A stretch of DNA of 64,000 bases from the IMG/VR virus record IMGVR_UViG_3300022719_000071, positions 256,001-320,000 of that record; one strand, written 5' to 3'. The notes under the pieces were generated by a model. The model worked only from the letters and a program-made list of their open reading frames with translations, was not told the DNA's origin and made no database searches. Below, one piece after another: positions 1-8,218 of this stretch (the first letter of the stretch is position 1; every line of letters starts with the position of its first letter). The DNA is from a virus. Lineage: Duplodnaviria > Caudoviricetes. The translations under genes and the position numbers were made by a program.

Positions 1-333
1 GAGTGGGACGAGCCGGGTAATGAGGGTGCTGGAATGATTGAGACCATTGCTGTTAAGACAGCATACCAACGTCTTGGATTGGGTACGGCGCTCATCGGAG
101 TAGCCAAGGCTGACTTAATCCTAGGTGGCGCAACGGCCATCTATTGCTACGCTGCCAATTGGTCCGACCTCGATGGGTTTGCTCCGGTTGCCTCGCCACT
201 ACAGAACAATGGCTTTAAGGTGAAGGACTTTCTACCCAGGATGTGGAAGGATGACCCACCCGGCTACAAGTGCCGTGCCTGTGGGTATCCATGTAATTGT
301 GATGCTACTCTGTACGTTTGGAAGCGAGGCTAA
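1..333 (+). CDS. GNAT-family acetyltransferase, 5'-partial, with C-terminal Cys cluster
   Basis: Frame open from base 1; acetyl-CoA motif A (AYQRLGLGTAL); CRACGYPCNC tail. Confidence 0.7.
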   Translation, partial: EWDEPGNEGAGMIETIAVKTAYQRLGLGTALIGVAKADLILGGATAIYCYAANWSDLDGFAPVASPLQNNGFKVKDFLPRMWKDDPPGYKCRACGYPCNCDATLYVWKRG

Positions 334-356
334 ATACATTTAATTGGGGAATGTAA

Positions 357-842
357 ATGCCGGATAAAGAGTTCGATCCAAACAACACCATCATCAAGAA
401 AATCACCCACAACCGTGGGATGAACTGGATGGCCATCCTTGGTGGCATTGGAACTATAGGTGCCGCTCTAGTTGCTATCAACGCTTTCACCGGACTTAAC
501 CTTCGTCCTGCTTGGGGCTTCGAAGTAGACAAATTGATGCAGCAACAAGGTCGTGTGGAAACTATCTTGCAAAAGACTAACGACCAGCTAGAGGGAGCAG
601 CACAACATCTGCTTCGACTTAACAAAGAACAGCTTCAACTGAAAATCAAGCAAATTGAACTGGACCGTAGGGAGGCTCGTCGTGAGCTAACCGAGCTTCA
701 GTTGCAACGAGAAAAGCACAGAACCGCTGGAACATCGGTTCCTAATTTCATCTCTGCTGGAATTTCTGATACTCAGGAACGTATTCGCCAACTAGATGAA
801 GATAAAGCTGACGCCCAAACCAGACTGCTTCAACTACAGTAA
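357..842 (+). CDS. Membrane-anchored coiled-coil protein
   Basis: One hydrophobic helix (WMAILGGIGTIGAALVAI) then heptad-rich tail; TAAATA at 331-336. Confidence 0.6.
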   Translation: MPDKEFDPNNTIIKKITHNRGMNWMAILGGIGTIGAALVAINAFTGLNLRPAWGFEVDKLMQQQGRVETILQKTNDQLEGAAQHLLRLNKEQLQLKIKQIELDRREARRELTELQLQREKHRTAGTSVPNFISAGISDTQERIRQLDEDKADAQTRLLQLQ

Positions 843-1547
843 CCAACGTGGACGACGCAGAAGAACTCTGGTGAGTCCGTTTGGAACATCCTCTTTGATG
901 TCTTCAACCAAACAGAAGTGTTTACAAAGAAACTCGATATCCTCATTTGAATTTACATCAACGAGAACCATCGATCCGCTGTGAAGTGTGGATGCTATGG
1001 CTTTCCAATATTCATCCTTTGCAATCCCGGTCATCCAACTATCCGTGGCAATTACGAAATCGATTGATCTAAAGTTGGCAATGACTTCTGGTGATGGAGC
1101 AATAATGTTCAGGTGTCGGTTCTCAATGCCGTTTCGAAGCATGAAATCAGCTAGGACACGCTGGTCGTTAGTAAATGGAAACTCATCATCTTCACCACGG
1201 ACTGTCAGCATATTATTCATGCCGGTAGGAGAGATACCATCAACTAGGTAAAGGATTGGCTTGTGATATGACTGTCTGTAGATAGACAGCCCGAATAGAC
1301 CAAGCCCACATCCAACATCCAGAATGGTTTTGATGCATGGTTGCCCGCCAAGGTGATCAAACAAAATGCGTGCAGAACGTTCTACATATCCACGGAGCTT
1401 GTCTCGTGTTTGAGCGCAGAACTTTTCGTTCTCCATTACCTCTTTCTTGGTTGTAGGCTTTACATCAAAATAACCGTCACTGGTACCTTGCTGATACCAT
1501 ATGACGGCTGCTTCTCTCGGAAAGAAAAATGGTAACTGTAGAGACAT
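834..1547 (-). CDS. Class I SAM-dependent methyltransferase
   Basis: Motif I ILDVGCGLG; motif II YLVDG. Confidence 0.75.
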   Translation of the reverse strand: MSLQLPFFFPREAAVIWYQQGTSDGYFDVKPTTKKEVMENEKFCAQTRDKLRGYVERSARILFDHLGGQPCIKTILDVGCGLGLFGLSIYRQSYHKPILYLVDGISPTGMNNMLTVRGEDDEFPFTNDQRVLADFMLRNGIENRHLNIIAPSPEVIANFRSIDFVIATDSWMTGIAKDEYWKAIASTLHSGSMVLVDVNSNEDIEFLCKHFCLVEDIKEDVPNGLTRVLLRRPRWLL

Positions 1548-1670
1548 TTACTTTACAGACTTCTTCAGGTTCTTAATCTTGGTTACCGCAGTATTCCAAC
1601 ACTTCTTCCAAAACTCGTTGAATGCGGTACCGACTACGATACCAACAATTAAAAATAGTAGCTCTTCCAT
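1548..1670 (-). CDS. Small single-TM protein (40 aa, MEELLFLIVGIVVGTAFNEFWKK...)
   Basis: Translated by hand; its TAA abuts the ATG of the methyltransferase (TAAATG coupling). Confidence 0.6.
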   Translation of the reverse strand: MEELLFLIVGIVVGTAFNEFWKKCWNTAVTKIKNLKKSVK

Positions 1671-1756
1671 GGTATTCTCAGGTAGGCTTTGATATTTCCA
1701 ATATGGTATGATAACTCCTTGACATCAAGGGGCAATCTTTTATATACCTATTACGA

Positions 1757-1987
1757 TTGGAGCCCAATATGACACACGATGATTTCTTGAAGAAACGTGG
1801 ATTGTTGGTTGAAACTGGTCTGACGCACGACCAGCTTGCTGTGATGATGATTCGAACGGATGGTAGGTGCGTGTGCCAGTCGTGCGGGAAAAAATACCGT
1901 GAACATCCGTACGCTACCGAGGCTAGGAATTGGGATGGTGAAGTCTATCTACATGTGATATGTGGTGGGATGATTGTTAAGTTATGA
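1757..1987 (+). CDS. Hypothetical protein with CxxC...H...H-xxC zinc-finger-like motif
   Basis: CQSCGKKYREH...LHVIC; ATGA overlap with next gene. Confidence 0.55.
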   Translation: MEPNMTHDDFLKKRGLLVETGLTHDQLAVMMIRTDGRCVCQSCGKKYREHPYATEARNWDGEVYLHVICGGMIVKL

Positions 1988-2271
1988 GGTACTTGCATTT
2001 CATCGTTAGAAAAAACAAATATGTCCCGGAGGTTGGCGATCTGTACAGTTTCACCGAAGATGGAGTTATTGGTATTACAACGTTTGCGTTTGTGAAAGAA
2101 CCACCTACTTATATGTCATTACCTACGGGTAGAGAAGGTCTTCTTGACACCATCAACTTCACATTTCAAGCATTGACACAGGCAGAGTTCGAGACCTATA
2201 TTGAGTTTCAATTGTTTCCTCTAAGAGACTCAGACTACTTCGTGATTACGAATGGAACCCCAAGGCCATGA
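1984..2271 (+). CDS. Hypothetical protein
   Basis: ORF coupled by ATGA overlaps on both sides. Confidence 0.55.
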   Translation: MRYLHFIVRKNKYVPEVGDLYSFTEDGVIGITTFAFVKEPPTYMSLPTGREGLLDTINFTFQALTQAEFETYIEFQLFPLRDSDYFVITNGTPRP

Positions 2272-2900
2272 GTTCAACTAACCGTAGTGCTGCTCGAAGT
2301 AAGGAGCGAAAGGTTAATCAGGATTACTATGTTACTCCTAAATGGGCTGTACGTGAATTCATGTTGGCTTGGAATGAAAACACCCAGATCTTGAGCTACC
2401 TCAGAAATCCTCATGCTGAGGCGATGATCATGGACCCGTGTGCGGGTGGTGATATCAACAATGATATGACTTATCCAAAGGTTCTGGGTGAATGGGGTAT
2501 TCAGCCTCTTACCATGGACATCCGTGAAGACTCTCGTGCCATGGTGATTGCCGATTATCTCGTTACCGATGTTGGCGAGCAGTTTGATCTCATTATTACC
2601 AATCCGCCATTCAATATTGCACAGGACATTATCGAGAAGGCACTAACAGATTGTGCTGATGACGGGTTTGTGGTTATGCTTTTGAGGTTGAACTTTCTTG
2701 GTGGTCAGGCTCGTGCCCCGTGGCTAAAGCAATACATGCCGAGTGATATCTACGTACATACAAAGAGGATGGGCTTCAATCCGGAAAAGCCAAGCGCAAC
2801 GGATAGCATCGAATACGCTCACTTCATTTGGATCAAAGGCGAGACTCCGGGATATGCACGAACACATACCATCATCCATGACAGTAAAAATCATTCATGA
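2268..2900 (+). CDS. DNA N6-adenine methyltransferase
   Basis: DYYVTPKW, DPCAGG (motif I), ITNPPF (motif IV), LLRLNFL. Confidence 0.85.
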   Translation: MSSTNRSAARSKERKVNQDYYVTPKWAVREFMLAWNENTQILSYLRNPHAEAMIMDPCAGGDINNDMTYPKVLGEWGIQPLTMDIREDSRAMVIADYLVTDVGEQFDLIITNPPFNIAQDIIEKALTDCADDGFVVMLLRLNFLGGQARAPWLKQYMPSDIYVHTKRMGFNPEKPSATDSIEYAHFIWIKGETPGYARTHTIIHDSKNHS

Positions 2901-3135
2901 AACGGGTGAGATAGGTATCTCTGCGCCTCAACGTGGTGGACCATTCCGTGATCAACTTCTAAAGGGATATCTTGAGAAAAAATTGCTAGAGCAGTTGGTT
3001 CTGAAAATCGATAGCGTGAAGTATGATGTCCCATACACTAGTGACGGAATGACTACTGCTGATTTCTTCAAGCATATTCAGGTTTGTATTGACCTACATG
3101 AAGCATTTTACAAAGATGGATTAAACACCTGTTGA
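2878..3135 (+). CDS. Hypothetical protein
   Basis: ORF track 2743-3135; start moved to the in-frame ATG at 2878 to limit overlap. Confidence 0.5.
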   Translation: MTVKIIHETGEIGISAPQRGGPFRDQLLKGYLEKKLLEQLVLKIDSVKYDVPYTSDGMTTADFFKHIQVCIDLHEAFYKDGLNTC

Positions 3136-3219
3136 TATGAAAGTCATTATCAATGTTCTTGGCACGTCTGGAAAACTACCCACATAAAGAAAATTCTTAA
3201 TATTTCCTCAAGAAAAAGC

Positions 3220-3248
3220 TTGACAGTGGGGTGCGGTTTTGATATACT
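3220..3248 (+). promoter_or_regulatory. Host sigma70-type early promoter
   Basis: TTGACA-17 nt-TATACT upstream of a GC-richer gene block. Confidence 0.75.
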
Positions 3249-3296
3249 GTTTGCGTCTGGTGAAAACTGGACGACGAAATCAACCGGAGATCCTAC

Positions 3297-3527
3297 ATGA
3301 CCCCTAGCGTTGCCGAGATGATTGACCAGATCACCGCCCGCCGCAAGGCTGCGGCTTTTTGGGTTGCCGCTTGCGGAGGTTCCGAAACCCCGTTCACGTG
3401 CCGTGGTCGTCGTCTTCTCTACGTTTGGAACGGTCTCACTGGCGATCTCTGTGAGCATGCCTACCTGGATCTGGACACGGACATGATCCTGTCAGTCGAA
3501 GAAGAGGAAGCTCTGGGGCTCCGGTGA
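3297..3527 (+). CDS. Hypothetical protein
   Basis: ORF downstream of promoter; WVxACGGxETPF...RLLYVW motif. Confidence 0.65.
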   Translation: MTPSVAEMIDQITARRKAAAFWVAACGGSETPFTCRGRRLLYVWNGLTGDLCEHAYLDLDTDMILSVEEEEALGLR

Positions 3528-3646
3528 TGAAGACGGCAAGGAATTTCGTGCATCGAGTCTTGTGAGACCGATTACATGAAATTCTACTGCCCGGACCTGT
3601 ACGTCAGTGCTAACAAGGGTTTCGGCTACAAACTCACGAAGGAGTC

Positions 3647-4204
3647 TTGAACATGGGTGTCTACATCTACTCTCTCCGCAAAAAGCACAAAGAGTGCGAT
3701 CTGATGGGCATCACGCCGATCAAGGTTATCTCTTTCGAGTTCGCCTATCGAGACTCCCACGTGTGGCCCGGTGACCCCGGACATCGTGCGTACGCAGCCC
3801 TGGTGGGTCGTACGAAGTCGAACGCTATTCGTGCACAAGCCTACTACTTCGATGCTGCCCAGGACGAGTATGGAACTTCCGATGTTCCTTACTACATCGT
3901 GTGGGGCGGCTTCGAGGACGGCAACACGGTCTACGAGACTAAGAAGGGTTTCCTGCCCACCATCCAGGCTGACACTCAGGATCTTCGCAACTCCAATGTG
4001 ATCGGAAAGCTTTTCAAGGTGGACCGTCGCTGGACCATCGAGATGAAGTGTCCCGGTCACATCTGGAACTACGAGAGCGTGAAGATGGGCGACTTCCGCA
4101 ATAACCAGGGTCTCAAGAACATGCAGCCGGCTCGTTCCTGCAAGCGATGTGATAAGTTCGAATACGCTGATCGAGAGCTTCAGGCGCTGTACGAGCAGCA
4201 CTAG
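3647..4204 (+). CDS. Hypothetical protein
   Basis: 185-aa ORF, GGAG before TTG, strong C-ending codon bias. Confidence 0.7.
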   Translation: MNMGVYIYSLRKKHKECDLMGITPIKVISFEFAYRDSHVWPGDPGHRAYAALVGRTKSNAIRAQAYYFDAAQDEYGTSDVPYYIVWGGFEDGNTVYETKKGFLPTIQADTQDLRNSNVIGKLFKVDRRWTIEMKCPGHIWNYESVKMGDFRNNQGLKNMQPARSCKRCDKFEYADRELQALYEQH

Positions 4205-4274
4205 AGCAATGACCAAAGGGAAGCAGCATAAGCTTCAAGGTAGCATTTATCATTCGTGAAATGGAATATTAATC

Positions 4275-4895
4275 ATGCAGATGAGAGTTTCCGACGCTAT
4301 TGTTAACATCGTGGAGTTCGCTCTTCCGAAGTTCAGCGACAAAGAGCGTATGCTTCACGTGTGTGTGGACGCAAGAATCGTCATTCATGCATGCGACGAC
4401 GATCTCCCGGAGCAGTACCGTGAAGACCGCTATGCGGATGCCCGCATTCACTTCCTGTTCCAGCGTCCCACCGCCTACACCAAGGTGTTCGTCGCCATCG
4501 AGGGCTACGAGTACGCCAATATCGAAGACGGTTCCGGGTACCCCAGAAAGGCATGGGTGCAGATTGAGGGAATGGACGCCTGTGACCAGCAGGTTTACCA
4601 CGCCTCGGACCTGAATAAGCTGCGTTGGGAGATGACCAGCGACCACGACTCCTGCTGGCGTTCCGATGGAGTGGACAGTGTTCTCTTCCAGATCGAGAGG
4701 CAATTGATTGACCAGATCACCGAGGGCGACGACTTCCTTCTCAAGAAGATGCACTGCCATCACAACTTCGACACCTTCTCCAAGCCCAAGTTCGTCAAGG
4801 GTGAGGTCGTGGTGGACAAGGAGGCTAACGAGCGGGACGGGCGAGTGGGAGACAACTACCGCAAGAAGCCGATGAACATCGAGGAAATCGAATGA
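4275..4895 (+). CDS. Hypothetical protein
   Basis: 206-aa ORF, same codon bias. Confidence 0.7.
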   Translation: MQMRVSDAIVNIVEFALPKFSDKERMLHVCVDARIVIHACDDDLPEQYREDRYADARIHFLFQRPTAYTKVFVAIEGYEYANIEDGSGYPRKAWVQIEGMDACDQQVYHASDLNKLRWEMTSDHDSCWRSDGVDSVLFQIERQLIDQITEGDDFLLKKMHCHHNFDTFSKPKFVKGEVVVDKEANERDGRVGDNYRKKPMNIEEIE

Positions 4896-5107
4896 CCAAC
4901 CGATACCTCGGAAAAGTGAACTCCTTTGACATTTACGTTGACCAAGATGGTGTCGAAGGAGTGTTCATCCCCGTGAATGACGGGTGCACGGTGTTCAACT
5001 TCATGAGCCATCGACCGGTTCCAACGGTCTTGCAATTTCGAGTTACACTTACTACCATTCTCTCTGGAGAAGTTTACACAAGGAAACTCAATCCCGATGA
5101 AACTTAG
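4892..5107 (+). CDS. Hypothetical protein
   Basis: ATGA-coupled ORF. Confidence 0.5.
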   Translation: MTNRYLGKVNSFDIYVDQDGVEGVFIPVNDGCTVFNFMSHRPVPTVLQFRVTLTTILSGEVYTRKLNPDET

Positions 5108-5300
5108 TGAAATGATTGCTGACTTAGAGAGGCTGAAGGCAGAGCATGGTGACCTTGAAGTGATGATTACCACCGACAGCGGTACCTACAGTATGGAGTC
5201 AACCAGTACTGAGTACCGGTGTGCCGAAGATGATGAGTATCCCAAAGAATGGGAGATGCCGGGAGGTTTCGAGTTTATCGAAATCTTGGTCCTCGACTAA
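5097..5300 (+). CDS. Hypothetical protein
   Basis: MKLSEMIADLERLKAEHGDLEV, a common phage N-terminal pattern. Confidence 0.65.
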   Translation: MKLSEMIADLERLKAEHGDLEVMITTDSGTYSMESTSTEYRCAEDDEYPKEWEMPGGFEFIEILVLD

Positions 5301-5335
5301 TGGAACAGAAGTACGACAAGCTGTAAGCTTTCTGC

Positions 5336-5953
5336 ATGAATATCTTTGTCACTGATTATAATCCTGCCTTTTCTGCCGTTTGGCTTGATGACAAACGGCA
5401 GAACAAGATGATCGTGGAAACAGCGCAGATGCTTTGCACTGCCGTTCGTATAATCACGGATAATGATCCAAATGTCTGTGAGGGATTATACCGAAAGACC
5501 CATGCCAATCACGGCTGCAATATCTGGGCTCGTTCTAGTCGTCAAAACTATGAATGGTTAGTTCTTCATGGTTTACACATGGTCATGGACTACATGACTC
5601 GTTCTAGTAAGATCCATAAGTCAGCGGCTGTCATTCGACAGTGTTTGATTCATATGAATCTTTTTCCTGATGACGAATTGCTTCCCTTCACCAATCATGC
5701 TCGCTCCCTTAAGCATGGTATTGACTTCACCCACCTTGAAGACCCACGTTTGGCTTATCGTAAGTATCTCATAGCTCGGTGGACAACCACCGACGTGCAT
5801 CAGCCCAAGTGGACCGGATTCAACCGTTCTTGTCCTGAGTGGGCTCAGGAATCAATACGTGCCAAGTATGGAAATGACTCCGTTGGAGATAGTCGAGAGG
5901 CTATCCCAACTGAAGACAGACAAATCGAAGGAGAAACTGCTTCGAAAGATTGA
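5336..5953 (+). CDS. Pyrimidine-dimer DNA glycosylase-like protein (DenV-related)
   Basis: MNIF...LDDKRQNKMIVETAQML; THANHGCNIWARSSRQNYEWL; AYRKYL. Confidence 0.75.
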   Translation: MNIFVTDYNPAFSAVWLDDKRQNKMIVETAQMLCTAVRIITDNDPNVCEGLYRKTHANHGCNIWARSSRQNYEWLVLHGLHMVMDYMTRSSKIHKSAAVIRQCLIHMNLFPDDELLPFTNHARSLKHGIDFTHLEDPRLAYRKYLIARWTTTDVHQPKWTGFNRSCPEWAQESIRAKYGNDSVGDSREAIPTEDRQIEGETASKD

Positions 5954-7049
5954 ACCGGAACACGAATTCTGGATTTCCTGCTATCACGGTCTACGTCCCT
6001 TTGTTCCTTACAACGTTAAGTTTGGCATTAGCGATCCACATCGCTACGGAGCCGGTGTTCCCCTTGGAGTTTTCTCCAAGATATTGAAGTCCATGGAAGA
6101 TGGATCTCTCAATGATATTACCACCGTCGATGCCATTTCTGCATTCTGCTCTAGATGTACGGAAAAGGAATGGAAATCTTGGTATCGACCCGTGCTCGAT
6201 AAGCGTCTTCGTATCCCCATAAGTCTCTCTCTGTTCAATCAGTTTTGTCCGGAGCAGTACCGGATACAGAACTTCATTCCGTCCGTTATGACGCCTCTGG
6301 AGGACGCTGAGGGCTTCCCAGAGAGCTTCTACCTGGAGCCCTACCCTGTAGTGCCCCGACTGTTCCTATTCCTGAAGAGCAAGCGCAGCTTTGTCTTTCT
6401 GGAAGACGGCACACCAGTGCATCGTTTAATTCCTAAACTATTCGAGAGATTCGTAACCAGGGAGGGAGCAGTCTTGGAGTTATACGACGAGAATGGTCGG
6501 TACACAGTACGTGATATTCTTCTCGAAGTGCAAATGCTTGACACATCTATCAAAACTAGTTTTGTTAACAAGCGTCTAGAGGTCTTGAAGACCATGATTA
6601 GTGAGTCCGAATCCGTTGAAGTCATTGAGCATGAATTCTTGGGCAAAGACAACAAGGAAAGCATTCGTGATGTGATAAGCCTGTACCTGGAAGCTGGATA
6701 TTCTGGTGTTGTGCTAAGACCAGATAGTGTTGGCTACAGACACAATCATGCCAACATTGTGATTCACCCGAACAAGAAAAACACGCTGACTTGTACCGAA
6801 ATTATTCCTGGAGAAAAAGGTAGTAAATGGGAGGGGCGTGTTGAATATTTTCGTGGCGTTGGTGTTCGACAGGGAAAAAAGATAGATACCCTGGTGTTTC
6901 ATGGCTTGACTTTCGATGAGCGAGGAACATCTTTAGAGAAGGCGAATGACCTTATTGGTCAGAAATTTGAGGTTCTATCATGCGGAGTAACCGATGATGG
7001 ATCTCTACTATTCCCTGTATTTCAACGTTGGAAGGAGAACCTTAAATGA
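5868..7049 (+). CDS. ATP-dependent DNA ligase-like protein lacking the KxDG motif (probably inactive)
   Basis: Ligase-like N-terminal domain (WYRPVLDKRLRI) and OB domain (LIGQKFEV...SLLFPVFQRW); motif I reads EPYPVVPR instead of EPKxDGxR. Confidence 0.65.
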   Translation: MEMTPLEIVERLSQLKTDKSKEKLLRKIEPEHEFWISCYHGLRPFVPYNVKFGISDPHRYGAGVPLGVFSKILKSMEDGSLNDITTVDAISAFCSRCTEKEWKSWYRPVLDKRLRIPISLSLFNQFCPEQYRIQNFIPSVMTPLEDAEGFPESFYLEPYPVVPRLFLFLKSKRSFVFLEDGTPVHRLIPKLFERFVTREGAVLELYDENGRYTVRDILLEVQMLDTSIKTSFVNKRLEVLKTMISESESVEVIEHEFLGKDNKESIRDVISLYLEAGYSGVVLRPDSVGYRHNHANIVIHPNKKNTLTCTEIIPGEKGSKWEGRVEYFRGVGVRQGKKIDTLVFHGLTFDERGTSLEKANDLIGQKFEVLSCGVTDDGSLLFPVFQRWKENLK

Positions 7050-7330
7050 GTGCAGAAGCCGCAATGGTTGATACCGAAAATCTGACTGCCACAGTTGATT
7101 CTGGTAAGTCGGAAGAGTTACGTGAGTTAATTCAACGCATCGAGAAACTAGAAAACGAGAAGGCTGCGATTGGTGAAGATATCAAGGCAGTCTACCAGCA
7201 GGCGAAGTCCGATGGCTGGGACACCAAAACGATGCGTAAAATCGTGAAGATTCGCAAGACCGACGAGCGTACCCTTCAGGAAGAAGAACTTCTTCTGGAG
7301 GCATACAAGACTGCTCTTGGGATGGAATGA
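7046..7330 (+). CDS. gapR: GapR-like nucleoid protein (DUF2312)
   Basis: LRELIQRIEKLENEKAAIGEDIKAVYQQAKSDGWDTKTMRKIVKIRK...LEAYKTALGM matches the DUF2312 consensus. Confidence 0.9.
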   Translation: MSAEAAMVDTENLTATVDSGKSEELRELIQRIEKLENEKAAIGEDIKAVYQQAKSDGWDTKTMRKIVKIRKTDERTLQEEELLLEAYKTALGME

Positions 7331-7857
7331 ACGCACTTGTAGTAAACTTGTTTGCAGGCCCCTGTGCTGGTAAGTCAACAACTGCCGCAGGGGTTTTCTG
7401 CAATCTGAAGAAGGCTGGTGTCAATTGTGAGCTAGTAACCGAGTTTACCAAGGAGCTAACCTGGGAGAGTAGGCATCTAGCTTTGGACAATCAGATCTAC
7501 ATCCTCGGTGAGCAATATCATCGTTTCTATCGAGTTGTTAAACAGGTTGATGTGATTATCACGGACACGTCGTTCGTATACGGATGCATGTATGCACCAC
7601 CGGAATACTTCCCATCGTTTAAGCCTCTGGTTGTTGAAATCTTCAACAGCATGTACAACGCAAACTACTTCATCGAGAGGAGACACAGGTATAGTCCTAC
7701 CGGAAGAAATCAGACGGAAGAAGAGGCATGGAAAATCGATCAAGCTCAAATGTATTTTTTACTTGAACTAGGTATAACATATACTCTTGTACCGGGTAAC
7801 GATGAAGGTATCGAAATCATCATCGAAGACGTATTAGGAAAACTCGAACATGGCTGA
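7327..7857 (+). CDS. AAA_28 / NadR-type P-loop ATPase or kinase
   Basis: VNLFAGPCAGKSTT Walker A; VIITDTS. Confidence 0.8.
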   Translation: MNALVVNLFAGPCAGKSTTAAGVFCNLKKAGVNCELVTEFTKELTWESRHLALDNQIYILGEQYHRFYRVVKQVDVIITDTSFVYGCMYAPPEYFPSFKPLVVEIFNSMYNANYFIERRHRYSPTGRNQTEEEAWKIDQAQMYFLLELGITYTLVPGNDEGIEIIIEDVLGKLEHG

Positions 7858-8218
7858 GCGAGTATGGGTTGATGGACCTAACCATCCAGATCTATTCGAT
7901 GGCGAAACTCCAATTCGCACTCGAATTCCAATAGAAGAGGTTGGCCTGAAAGTTTTCAAAGTCAAGCTTACATGGTATGAGACTGTGTTTGTAGTTGCTC
8001 TCAACGAGTCCGATGCTAAAGATAAAGCATGGAAAAAGGTCAGTACTTTCGGTGAAGAGACTTTCCTTGACCATGCCGAGGTAAAGGAACTAGATTGGGA
8101 AGACGAACTCAAGGACTGGCATCGTAATCTCAAGTGCAAGGATGGCAAGACCATGATTGCGAAAGAGTTACTGATGCAGCACCTAGAAGAAACCGAATGT
8201 ACGTTGACGCAAAATTGA
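7850..8218 (+). CDS. Hypothetical protein
   Basis: ORF between kinase and polymerase. Confidence 0.5.
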   Translation: MAERVWVDGPNHPDLFDGETPIRTRIPIEEVGLKVFKVKLTWYETVFVVALNESDAKDKAWKKVSTFGEETFLDHAEVKELDWEDELKDWHRNLKCKDGKTMIAKELLMQHLEETECTLTQN

